Source: Blastocatellia bacterium
Lineage (GTDB): Bacteria > Acidobacteriota > Blastocatellia > Chloracidobacteriales > JADJPF01
Direction of reading: 5' to 3'
DNA length: 64,000 nt
Assembly (NCBI GenBank): GCA_016713405.1
Contig: JADJPF010000015.1
Coordinates: 1-64,000 of the forward strand
Under the pieces are notes generated by a model. The model had not been told where the DNA came from, did not search any database, and saw only the letters and a list, made by a program, of their open reading frames with translations. Positions within the stretch are counted from its first letter, which is position 1, and the number at the start of each line of letters is the position of its first letter. The translations under genes were made by a program, and so were the position numbers. Positions 1 to 9,377 of the stretch are shown one piece after another.

Positions 1-436
1 CACCATAAAGTAAATATTTAATTTTGATGTTCTTAGCAACTCGTAAATATGAAATAGCTAGTAGTGATAAAACAGGTAGTGAGCGAAAACTATGAGTTAT
101 GTCAAAAGCAACTTCGTCATTTTGATTAATAGATTCTGTAAGATTAGAAAATATATCCCAAAGCTCATTTTCGCTACTTCCATTAGGAATATTTATGGGT
201 TCAATAGATTGGCCTTCAAATTTTGTTTCTAACAAATTTTTTAACTCAGTCCAATTATTATGTTTTTGAACAGTTTCTGTTAAAACTATTAGAATTTTTT
301 CTGGTTTAAGCCAGCTAATAACAGCTTCAGAAAAAAACTTTGTTTTATATTCTAACTTCTTTGATGCGTCTTTTTCCCAAAAATAATTTGTTTCTTGATA
401 GTTACCTGTACCTACAAGAAATGTAATTAATTTCAT
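1..436 (-). CDS. csx1: CARF-domain CRISPR ancillary protein (Csx1/Csm6 family), N-terminal 145 aa; 3' part lies beyond the window start
   Basis: Minus-strand translation from the ATG at 436: MKLITFLVGTGNYQETNYFWEK...DEVAFDITHSFRSLPVLSLLAISYL. It shows the CARF hallmarks (N-terminal FLGTGNY beta-strand, D-x-THGFR-like 'DITHSFRS' motif). It is not in the ORF track because no stop is reached inside the window. It sits directly downstream of cmr6 on the same strand. Confidence 0.7.
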   Translation of the reverse strand, partial: MKLITFLVGTGNYQETNYFWEKDASKKLEYKTKFFSEAVISWLKPEKILIVLTETVQKHNNWTELKNLLETKFEGQSIEPINIPNGSSENELWDIFSNLTESINQNDEVAFDITHSFRSLPVLSLLAISYLRVAKNIKIKYLLYG

Positions 437-474
437 AAAATATACTCCAAAAATTTATAAATCATTTCAAATGT

Positions 475-1519
475 TCAACTAGCAGAATAATTTTTAAACT
501 TTTCATACCAATGTTTATCTTTAAACTTTTTCTTATCAACTTCGTCGGCTCTTTTTATTATTACTTCAGCCACTTTTAGTTTTTGACTAGGTTCTGTTAT
601 ATCTTCCCATTTTTTAATATAATTGCCAATTTCACCAGCAAATCTATTATTTGGTAAATTATTAATTGCCATTATCATAGGATCTTCTATTTTAGTTTCT
701 TTTTTTTCTAATACTGCTACTGACTGATTTTCTACAGATATTTTTCTTTCAGGAATTTCTAATTCCATACGACCATATCCGCTAGATGTTTTTGCTCCAA
801 CACCTAATTCTTTTAATGCTTCTTTTAGTATGTCAAAAGTTAAACTTACCCAATCTTCTGGGCCTGATAATGCAATTAAATATTCTCCTGTAGCAGTAAG
901 AAATGAAATAGGCGTTGTGCTGTCCCAATCTGCTGGTTGCAAGATTTTTATCTTGATAATAATCTTGGTGGTGGACTGTGATTACATCAGCATGTAAAGC
1001 TTGTTTATTAATTCCACTATCAGGAACATAAAGCGCGTCATAAAATGTAACAAAACCTGCTGCTTCTTTATTATTTTGATCATCTGCGGAAGTACCAAAG
1101 ACAGTTGCATAATTAGGAGAAGTTTTTTCCCAACCTTGTAAATAATCTCTTGCATAACTAGCTGTTACACCTTTTAATGCACTAGCAGGGATATAAGGCA
1201 CGCCATAAGTATGATGTAGCTTTATGGAAGTTTCTAAAACGCTTTCTGTGCCAAGCCCAACAGCCATACGGCCTTGAACCGTAGCTTTACCAGTTTGCAC
1301 ATCTGAAATTTGCTCTAAAGTTTGCTTCCAGCGTTGATAAAATTTTGTGTAAATTTCTGGTTGAGAAATTGTTCCTACTTCATTGACTAATCTAGTTTTT
1401 GGTTGCTCATTGTTATTGGTTGATTCCTGTTGAGTTGTAAGAAATTTATCTAGCCAAAGACCTGCATGGTTAGCTATTGATTTATCTAAATTAACAAAGA
1501 CATTTCGACAACTATTCAT
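475..1519 (-). CDS. cmr6: Cmr6 (RAMP, Cas7 group), split into ORFs 833..1519 and 475..942 by a +1 frameshift at an A5 run
   Basis: N-terminal ORF has the RAMP core (GLGTESVLETS..IPASALKGVTASYARDY). The C-terminal ORF carries the G-rich loop (GVGAKTSSGYGRMEL). The sequence continues ...VITVHHQDYYQDK | ILQPADWDS across 'gataaaaatcttgca'. Removing one A from the A5 restores the frame. About 100 aa of Lys-rich sequence follow the G-rich loop. Confidence 0.8.
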
Positions 1520-1540
1520 AAATATTTCCTTGTAAGTTTT

Positions 1541-1894
1541 TTAATTATCTTTTTCCTCTAACAAGCTTTGTGAAAGGCGTTTGTACCAAGACAAGGCATC
1601 TAAAACATCTTTAGTTAATTTCATATATTCGGCTAAATTTGCTTCACGGCTTTGTTTTAGTAAATCATCTTTGTTGCTGTTAGTGTTCAGTGTTTTAGCT
1701 AAGTCTTCCAGCAAAAAAGCACCATTTTTAGCATTAGCAAAAGCTAAGGCTTGAGCTAGACCAGCAGTATGGATTAACACAGGGAGTTTATCTGCCATTG
1801 TTTTGTATTTGTCTTTTTTTTCTTTAGATTCTGTAGCAACTTGGCTAACGTGTCCATAAGCACTGCTTGCATATTTTTGATTTCGTGTTGGCAT
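1541..1894 (-). CDS. cmr5: Cmr5 (small alpha-helical Cas11-group subunit of the Cmr complex)
   Basis: 117 aa. 'YKTMADKLPVLIHTAGLAQALAFANAK' aligns with the conserved Cmr5 helix (P. furiosus '[27 protein letters not shown]'). 'ALSWYKRLS' matches the C-terminal helix. It lies between cmr4 and cmr6, as expected. Confidence 0.8.
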   Translation of the reverse strand: MPTRNQKYASSAYGHVSQVATESKEKKDKYKTMADKLPVLIHTAGLAQALAFANAKNGAFLLEDLAKTLNTNSNKDDLLKQSREANLAEYMKLTKDVLDALSWYKRLSQSLLEEKDN

Positions 1895-1912
1895 AGTTTT
1901 TTTCCTCCTAAC

Positions 1913-2799
1913 TTACTGGTTTATTAATTTGACTGAGCATAAGCCATGACCAACGGTTGCTTTACCGCCAAATTGCACAGTTTTGTTAGTTATTGTTGTA
2001 ATAGCTTCAAAGACTTTGTTGGTAGTTATCTCTGCTTTCTTAGTAGGGTTAGCAATGACTAAGCCAGACAAAATTGTTTCTGTTGGCAAGGTTTCTTCAT
2101 ACCAAAGATTTTCTGCTGTTTTAGATTCATCATTTATAACAATTCTTGCAGAAACTTCTGTTGCAGTTTCTAACAAAAGCTTAATAAATCGTCTGAGACA
2201 ATACAAAAACGTGCTTTAAGCATATCTTGCCATTCTGGAGAGTCAGCAAAAATTCTTGGTGCTAGCCAATCAGCCCAATTGCTAGCTTTTACAACTTCAG
2301 TATTATTATTGCTTGGAGTTAAATCTAAATCTTCTAAAAATACCTTGCTATTATTGTTAACACCATGTTTTAGACAACTAGTTGTTATTACTAAACAAGA
2401 GGTTTCTTGTAATGTTTTTGGGGTTTCAGGCAATTTATTTATTCCTGCTACCTTAGCATCACGAACAAATCTTTGTAGAATGTAAGGCGAAGTCACCCAA
2501 GCAAACGTTCCTACAAGGCTACGAATAGGCAGCAACAACAAACGTTGATCAGAAAATTGCACAGATCCAGCATGTTCCATAGTTTGAGATTTTTCTTCAT
2601 TCCCAGTTCCAAAAATACTTTTTTGTTGTTTTTCGTCTGTGCAAAGATCTCGCAAACTACCTTTTACAGATGAACCTGGCAAAAAAGGTATTCCAGTAGC
2701 TTTTTCTCTAGCGATAGGCAAATCAATTACACCAATTCCTTGGCCTGTGCCAGCGTGCAAAGGCGATAGTGCATGGACAAAAGCTAAACGCGCTTCCAT
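1913..2799 (-). CDS. cmr4: Cmr4 (Cas7 backbone RAMP), split into ORFs 2170..2799 and 1913..2206 by a frameshift at 'acaaaaacg'
   Basis: N-terminus MEARLAFVHALSPLHAGTGQGIGVIDLPIAREKATGIPFLPGSSVKGSLRDLC is the canonical Cmr4 start (TPLHxGxG...IDLPI.RE..TG.P.IPGSS.KG.LR). The C-terminal fragment carries GKATVGHGLC (G-rich loop). The break lies in an A5 run. Confidence 0.85.
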
Positions 2800-2813
2800 A
2801 AAATTTCTCCTTG

Positions 2814-4080
2814 TTAATTTTGTTTAGTAAGAAAATCAAGAAATGCTTTAAGTATATTAGTTTCTTTATTTAATAATGGGGTTCCATTACTTCTTGTTAT
2901 TTTAAGTGCTTCTTGTTCTGTAAGGTTAATTTGGACATTTTTTGGCTGATTCCAATTATTAGCTTTTAAGACCACTTGATTATTAATCGCTTGTTGAGTA
3001 CCTTCTAAAACCGCAGCTAAACCTACATAACCATTGCTACATTTGATTGGCCGCAAAATAAGAGGACTAGCTAATCTATCAGAGTTTTTTAGAGCAAGTG
3101 TTGTATCTTGTGGATCACTAGTTTTATATCTGTTCCCATCCTTAAAATGAAAAATTATTGGTAAACCAAAAACTGCACGAGGAAATTTATTAACAGGATG
3201 TGTTGGATTATGATCTTTATTTTGGTTAACTAAATGTTGTCCTGTTAATCGCCTAATAGCATCTGGTTCAGGCCATCGGCTACGGCCTTGGTTCCCGTTG
3301 CGTTGTTGGCGAAAAATTTTTAGTTTACTGATTAAAATGTTACTGGCTTCTTTACCATTAGCAAAAGTTGTTGGAAGAATCTTAAATTCTAGCTTATGGC
3401 TTAAATGAGGAACATTTTGAGGCCAATTTGTAGAATCAATAACATGTTTTTTTAAGCCTGCACGAATATTATTTTCTACATCTTTTGTACTAATCTCTTT
3501 TGATTTCATAGAGATAGCTCCAAATCCGCGTCTAGTTCTTGCTCCAATGCCGCCAAATGTTTCCCAAGCCCAAAAAGCAGCTTCTACATCAGTTTGTAAA
3601 TCTTTTGGATATTTAATGCTTAATTTAAAAGTAATGTTATCTCTGAGTTTTTGTTTTCTTGTCTTAAAGCAAAAGCTGCATAAGGGTTAACATCCTTTGC
3701 AGATTGAATAAGTTCTAACACCTTGATAGTTGTTTCAACAAAAACTTGTACTTTTGAAGCAGGCTTTTCACCTTTTTTATCTTTGCTAGCTGTTCCCCAA
3801 ATCGCATCTTCTGCTCTTTTCATTTGTTCTAAGTTTGCAATGCCCCACCACGACAAGCACGCCACCAAAAAAGAAGTTGCCCACGAATGCTTGAACCACG
3901 AATTGTTGTTATTGGGTCGGCTTCGCCCGGCTTTACTCCACCACCAAACAAAGGTGTGATTAATTCATATTTACGTTCTTGAGTAATGTTTGATTCCTTA
4001 AGTGGAGGAAATTTTGGGCATTCAACCTTTGGTTTTCTATTCATTATTTCACCTCCATTATTTCGTTTTTTCCTGACCAA
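2814..4080 (-). CDS. cmr1: Cmr1-like double-RAMP subunit, in three pieces (3829..4080, 3620..3868, 2814..3509)
   Basis: N-terminal piece: ITPLFGGG..ITTIRGSSIRGQLLFWWRA (RAMP motif). Translating between pieces 2 and 3 recovers ...AAFWAWETFGGIGARTRRGFGAISMKSKE. That is the G-rich loop of the first RAMP domain, in a frame offset by 1 from piece 2. The total of about 420 aa fits Cmr1. Both breaks sit at short homopolymers. Confidence 0.65.
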
Positions 4081-5234
4081 GTGCCTAGCACGGCTAAACC
4101 AAAACTGTCTAAGCGGCTTTGTTCATCGTCGCTAACTGAACTTAACCAGATTTTGTCAACCCAGTTTTCTAACTCTTTTTCATTTGTCGTCTTCTCATCA
4201 AACTTTAAGAAAAACACTGTTCCAGCAGGTGCCAAGCGTCGTGTAGCTTTAGGCTTGTTAGTTTCAAAGTCCCAGCCAGAGATGACTTGAGGACGCTCTA
4301 CACGAATGGCTTTTATTTGTGGAGTTAAAGTTTTGTGAGGTGTTATCAAATATTCAGGTTGACAAATATCCTTAAAACAGCCTGGCGTTAACAGCAACAC
4401 TCTACAAGCTTTTGTGCAAAGAATTTGTTTTTTAATTTGGTCAGGACATTTAGCAAAAGGTATTGAATCGTTGTTTTTATGCCAATTGACTATTCGCCTT
4501 TCACCACCAAGCATGGCAACACCTTCGCGTAAATTAGCCTCAGTTTGCACAGCTAAAGCAAGACGAGTTAAATTAGCAAGCTTTTTATCAGCTTGTTTTT
4601 GATAAGTAAATTCTAAGCCTTGTGTTTGAAATAACGCGCCTTCTCTAGCAGTTTGGCTTTCATTCAAAATGCTTACATGTGTTCGTATATCTAAACTTGG
4701 GCCTTTATGCCCAAGATCAGAGAGATTAACATCTAGCTTATCTTGAGCGTTATTTAACCACTCTTCAAGTTTTTTCCAATACCAAAATCTTGGTGGAGGT
4801 TTATGAGGTTTTCTGTTGTCGCTTTGAGTCATGCCAACCAAAGAAAGGTTTGGAAAATCTGTTTGTAGATCAGTAAAACTATTTTCAGGCATGTTTATTG
4901 GTACAAGTTTTTTTATATTAACTGTAGTTTCATTATTTGAATCATTGTTAAGAATTACTAAATCCATTGGTGCAGGCATTAACCAATTTTGAATGCTTCC
5001 TGTTTCAGCAAGTTCAACTAAAAATGGCCCTTTAATAGCAATTTTTTTAACTTCACTAATTTTTCCTTTTTGGAAATTTCCTTGTGCATCTAGTCCAGCA
5101 CGGGTACGAACTCCGCCAGCAATCGTTGATGGGAAAGGAAAACTTAAGCTAGCGGCTCTCGCACCAGGATCACCAAATGGACGACCATCACGAAAAATTA
5201 TTGGATCACGGGGTTCAAGTATCCAAACAGTCAT
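4044..5234 (-). CDS. cmr3: Cmr3 (Cas5-group subunit), intact 396 aa
   Basis: Starts MTVWILEPRDPIIFRDGRPFGDPG, the signature Cmr3 N-terminus (PxDPLxFRDGRPF). Uninterrupted ORF, 4 nt after the cas10 stop. Confidence 0.85.
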   Translation of the reverse strand: MTVWILEPRDPIIFRDGRPFGDPGARAASLSFPFPSTIAGGVRTRAGLDAQGNFQKGKISEVKKIAIKGPFLVELAETGSIQNWLMPAPMDLVILNNDSNNETTVNIKKLVPINMPENSFTDLQTDFPNLSLVGMTQSDNRKPHKPPPRFWYWKKLEEWLNNAQDKLDVNLSDLGHKGPSLDIRTHVSILNESQTAREGALFQTQGLEFTYQKQADKKLANLTRLALAVQTEANLREGVAMLGGERRIVNWHKNNDSIPFAKCPDQIKKQILCTKACRVLLLTPGCFKDICQPEYLITPHKTLTPQIKAIRVERPQVISGWDFETNKPKATRRLAPAGTVFFLKFDEKTTNEKELENWVDKIWLSSVSDDEQSRLDSFGLAVLGTWSGKNEIMEVK

Positions 5235-5237
5235 ATG

Positions 5238-6743
5238 CTATTTTTCCTTTCCTATTAATTTTTTAACTTCAGCAAAAATGCGAGCAACTACAAGTTCATC
5301 AGCTAGATCTTTGATGGAAACTTTGTCTTCATCAATTCTTTTTTCAATGTTTGTTAAAACATCTTTATCTACTTTTTTGCGTCTAAAAATTCTTTTCGCT
5401 TCTACTTTAATTAAATCTTTTAAGTTAGCTGTATCACCTAAACTTAAAACTAAATCTCTTAATTCATAAGCCACCCCGTCAGGAATTTGACCATTTGCAT
5501 GCAATGTGATCCAATTTTTTAGACGGTCATCTATTTCGCCCCCAACTTTGCACAATCTAAAATTGTATGTATTGGCACAAACGCTAGCACATCATCGCCA
5601 CCAGCATAAACAAGTGAGCCTTTATGCTCTGCTACAATTCTTCGGACATTGCTAGCAAATCGACTTAGAGCGTTAGAAATATTTCTGTGTGCTTCTGGAG
5701 TGTTTTGGCTGTCAATAGCTTCACCCATTCGATCACCATCAGCTAAAAGCAGCCCGTAATAGGGGCTTGGGCGTTTGTCAGCAAGATTGCAACTTTTATA
5801 AAATTCGTTTAGTGCTTTTTTAGCTTGTTTTAGTTTCTCATCTTCATTTTTAGCAAAAAAATCAACTAATCTTTCTTCAAACAAAATATGTCCATCATAA
5901 TTTTCAAAAACAGGATGAGGATCTCGTGGCACATTTCCCAGTTCACTTTCAAGACCAAAATCTTGTTTTAAGGTAAGAATATATTTTCTTACAGCAGTTT
6001 TATGCTCTTCTTTTAGCAATTCTAAAAATGGCAAAGATGCTACGTGAGATGTAGAAAAGAATCTATCTTTCCCTTTCGCCGTTCTCCATGACGTTTTAAT
6101 AAGCCTACTACCCGCAAAGCTTTTCACCTCGACCAATACCATATTTACGCCAAAGTTTTTCATCATCAAATCGGTCATATTGTTTTTCAGGAATAACAGA
6201 TTCACGTTGTCCATCTAGCGACGATTTTGGCACACCTGCTTTTCCCCAAGAAACAGCATTGTAATTTTTAGTAGCTTTTCGTGCGGCCATTAAAGCTTCT
6301 GCTTGCTTGCGAGTTTCAACATATTTTTCTAAGCTCTCTAATTTTGTAGCTACCCAGAAAAACTCTAGCATGTCCGCTATTTGTGCATCTGCGGTTTTAT
6401 TATCAAAATATCCTCGAAGATTTTTCAAGCCATCTTCTTTAATTTCATTAAGTCGAGTTTTTACATTAGTTAGAGCTTGTTTACAAATTTCTTCAGGATT
6501 ATTTTTAACAATTGCTACTATTTTGTTTGCAACATCAAAACTAATATCAGGCTCTAAATCAGATAATTCTGTTGGAGCAGGGAAAATTAAGTTCTCAATG
6601 CCTTCTTTTTCCGCAATGCTATGAGCAGCCGTTTTTGAAAGCTCACTAAGTAGCCAAGAACCAAACCAAAGATCCCGACTTCGCCTAGCAGTGATAATAA
6701 AATCCTGCACTGGGCCGATATGAATAATAATTAAGTATTCCAT
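5238..6743 (-). CDS. cas10: Cas10/Cmr2 large subunit without an HD nuclease domain, in three ORFs (6108..6743, 5531..6214, 5238..5555) from two frameshifts
   Basis: ORF 1 starts MEYLIIIHIGPVQDFIITARRSRDLWFGSWLLSEL (Cmr2 N-terminal IGPVQ.FI..AR..RDLW.GS.LLS motif). ORF 2 has the palm/cyclase motifs YYGLLLADGDRMG and LVYAGGDDVLAFVP (GGDD). ORF 3 is the helical C-terminal domain. About 500 aa in all. The upstream region is AT-rich and non-coding, so there is no HD domain. Confidence 0.8.
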
Positions 6744-7209
6744 AGCACAACCTGTAAATGAAAGTTGATTAAATTGTTATTATGAAAAAGTAATATGCTA
6801 TTTTTGCTAGACGCAAAATTTACATAACTTTTTACTAATAATCAACTACTTAATCTTAAAAAGATAAAATTACTATTTATAGCTTTTTAACTAAAGCATT
6901 ATTTGTATTTTTATTGGGATTCTAAAACAAAATTGGCAGATTAAAAGAGCCAGCAAGCTTGCTGAGTGGAAAATTTTTAGGGTTTATGTTGTCTATTTAG
7001 CTACTCTCATTTTCTGACTGCTGCTAAATTCCCAAACTCTAGTTAATCCTTGGGAAATGTAAGTAATATAGATTCGTGAGAGTTTTTTAGAGTTTTTTGA
7101 CATTTTTTTCATAGAACTTTTTTGCAGGTTAAGCAAAAACACCCAAATTATGCTAGGAATATATCTTGCATGTTAAATGGGTTAGCATGATTATGGAGGT
7201 TAAACTGTT
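6744..7209. promoter_or_regulatory. AT-rich divergent intergenic region. It is probably the promoter of the cmr operon (minus strand) and of the 7210 ORF (plus strand)
   Basis: 466 bp with no ORF. Very AT-rich. It sits between divergently oriented genes. No direct repeats of the CRISPR type were seen. Confidence 0.35.
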
Positions 7210-7974
7210 ATGAAAAAGGTAATAAGCTTGTTGATCTCTAGAATAGCTATTATTAGTTCTCTAATAATAGCTACTACGCTAGGTGTAACAGCACAGTGGA
7301 ACAACCCGTATTGGGGAACAAGTTGGAATAATCCTACATCAAGCCTACTGCAAACTATGACTATGAATAAAGTTTTTGCCGATAGTATGAGAAAACCGTT
7401 TGAGCAAAGAGGCAAAGCTTTAGATCAAAGGTCGATACCAAAGCAAAATAAACTTACTCCATACCAGCAAAAATCTGTAACTTTCTCGCCTGTTGCTAAT
7501 ATGATTATGCCAAAACAGCTAGCTGAAACGATTGGAGCAACACCCAAGGATCGCAAAGAACTTCAAAAAGCATTTACCGAATTTTTGCAGGTTTTCGACC
7601 AGGAAGCCGCTTTAGACAAAGAAGAAAATAATGTTGCTCGTGCAGTCACTTTTTTTATTGTTTGCAACTACATTGTTGCTACAGGCTTGGAGTTTGAGGA
7701 AGAACAGATCAATTTTATGGAGAGAGATATAAATATTTACCTAGCAGAAAACGAGTATTTTTGCGCCTTTGATAACCACAGGAAGCAAGAACTTTATGAA
7801 AGCTTGGTCATTCTTGGCACCCTTGCTGCCGCAGGCTATCATGACGGAGAGGAAAACGGACGAAAAGAGCAAATGGAGAGATTCCGCTCTTTAGCACGTA
7901 ATGGCTTGGAAACCTTGCTAGGTGTACCTGTTGAGAGGTTGAAATTGACAAAAGTAGGGTTGGTTATTAAATAG
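7210..7974 (+). CDS. Hypothetical secreted protein
   Basis: 254 aa. N-terminal signal-like hydrophobic stretch MKKVISLLISRIAIISSLIIATTLGVTAQ. No recognisable domain. Confidence 0.5.
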   Translation: MKKVISLLISRIAIISSLIIATTLGVTAQWNNPYWGTSWNNPTSSLLQTMTMNKVFADSMRKPFEQRGKALDQRSIPKQNKLTPYQQKSVTFSPVANMIMPKQLAETIGATPKDRKELQKAFTEFLQVFDQEAALDKEENNVARAVTFFIVCNYIVATGLEFEEEQINFMERDINIYLAENEYFCAFDNHRKQELYESLVILGTLAAAGYHDGEENGRKEQMERFRSLARNGLETLLGVPVERLKLTKVGLVIK

Positions 7975-8243
7975 TTTTACTTCTGCTCGAATAATCCATT
8001 TCTATCAGATTTGCCTTTTTAATGTCTTCTTGTTTTTTTCCTTAACTCTAACAGAAATAGAATAAAGGGAAACAAAAGGATATTACGATACAACTCAATA
8101 AGCAAATCATACAAAATCAATAGTTTATCTATTAAAACATCTCAATTCTTGAGAGTTTTCTAATGATTAAGTAGTTTTATCTAAAATCAAAAATGCAGCC
8201 GTGCTACAAACAACAGGACTAAATTTTGACCATGCTGGCTATA

Positions 8244-9092
8244 TTATTGCTTGACCAGTTCTACACGACGGTTTTTTGCGCGACCTTCTTCGGTATCGTT
8301 GCTTGCCATAGGAGCTAAGGGGCCGACACCGCGGCTAATAAGGCGACTTGCAGAAATACCGTGTTGTGTAATGAGTGCTTGCACTACTGCTTCAGCACGG
8401 GCATGGGAAAGCCTCATATTTAGATCCAGCGAAGCAATATTATCTGTATGACCTACTACATAGACCTTCAATGCTAAGTCTGCTTTCAGCAATTTGGCAA
8501 TTTCGGTTACGGCGTTGTCTGATTCAGGTTTCAACTCAGATTTTCCTGTGTCAAAGTAAATTCCTGGAACCTCAACGTGTCCACTAGTTCTAAGGCTAGT
8601 TTTAAAGATTTCTGCACTTGAAGTTACTTCCTGGGTCATTGCTTCCTTTTCGATAATGGTTAGCATATAGCCTTTTCCCCAAGCAGTGTCAAGCAATGCC
8701 CAGACTTCCTTACCATTCTTAGCTACTTTCAGAACTGTATAGCGTTTATCTTCAAAAAGTGTTGTTCCACCGATTTGAGCGATAGCTTGCTGATGATTAC
8801 GTATGATCTGCAAGGGTGAAGGGGCTACTGTAGCATCAGTCTTATATCTAATTTCAAAGCGTTTTCCTTCTACAGCAGTTTCGGTTGTCTTTCCAGTTTT
8901 AAAAGCAAATCGGTCAAAAGCGACTGTTTTGCAATATTCTATATGCATGTCCTGCATGCGAGTAAAAAGCGGATGGTCTTGGCAGCCAGCTTTATCTGGA
9001 CTCTGAGACAATACAATACTACAAAACAAAAAAATCCAAATGATGAGAACATGGATGGAAACCAATAGAGATTTTAATTTAGTACATTGCAT
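8244..9092 (-). CDS. OmpA/MotB-family peptidoglycan-binding protein
   Basis: C-terminus VYVVGHTDNIAS..NMRLSHARAEAVVQALI..GISASRLISRGVGPLAPMASNDTEEGRAKNRRVELV is the canonical OmpA_C domain. N-terminal TM/signal segment. Confidence 0.8.
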   Translation of the reverse strand: MQCTKLKSLLVSIHVLIIWIFLFCSIVLSQSPDKAGCQDHPLFTRMQDMHIEYCKTVAFDRFAFKTGKTTETAVEGKRFEIRYKTDATVAPSPLQIIRNHQQAIAQIGGTTLFEDKRYTVLKVAKNGKEVWALLDTAWGKGYMLTIIEKEAMTQEVTSSAEIFKTSLRTSGHVEVPGIYFDTGKSELKPESDNAVTEIAKLLKADLALKVYVVGHTDNIASLDLNMRLSHARAEAVVQALITQHGISASRLISRGVGPLAPMASNDTEEGRAKNRRVELVKQ

Positions 9093-9377
9093 ATGATGCC
9101 TCCAGTCAAAAGTTGCTCATTGTTTTGCTTAATACATCAATTACTTACAATAACTACAAAAACAAGACTTCCAAAATCGTCCCACAACTTTGCTGATGTG
9201 CTTCTATACTTAAAGCAATGAGTATGCCTAATACTAAGCTTATAAAAATGGGTGGTTATATTTTGTATATGGGTTATATTTCCCAAAATTGAAGAATAAT
9301 TGGGGGAATTAACTGTAGTGATTGCAATGTCTATTGACCATATTTAATACTCCAAAGTATTTTTGTTTGAAGTTTAT

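Noticed and set aside
1983-5469. Plus-strand ORFs inside the cas cassette (1983..2219, 2279..2485, 2639..2827, 3723..3959, 4081..4290, 4414..4602, 4993..5469) and similar antisense ORFs elsewhere (e.g. 6307..6624, 8251..8587, 11205..11417, 22318..22530, 26236..27184, 45047..45496)
   Set aside because: They overlap confidently identified genes on the opposite strand, lack RBS or domain signatures, and have low-complexity composition. They are shadow ORFs.
475-6743. Interpreting the fragmented cas genes as a decaying, non-functional CRISPR-Cas remnant
   Set aside because: Each break is a single-base shift at a short homopolymer with perfectly continuing protein sequence. The same artefact hits essential nuoL and four other genes. 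Assembly error is more parsimonious, though it remains unverified without reads.
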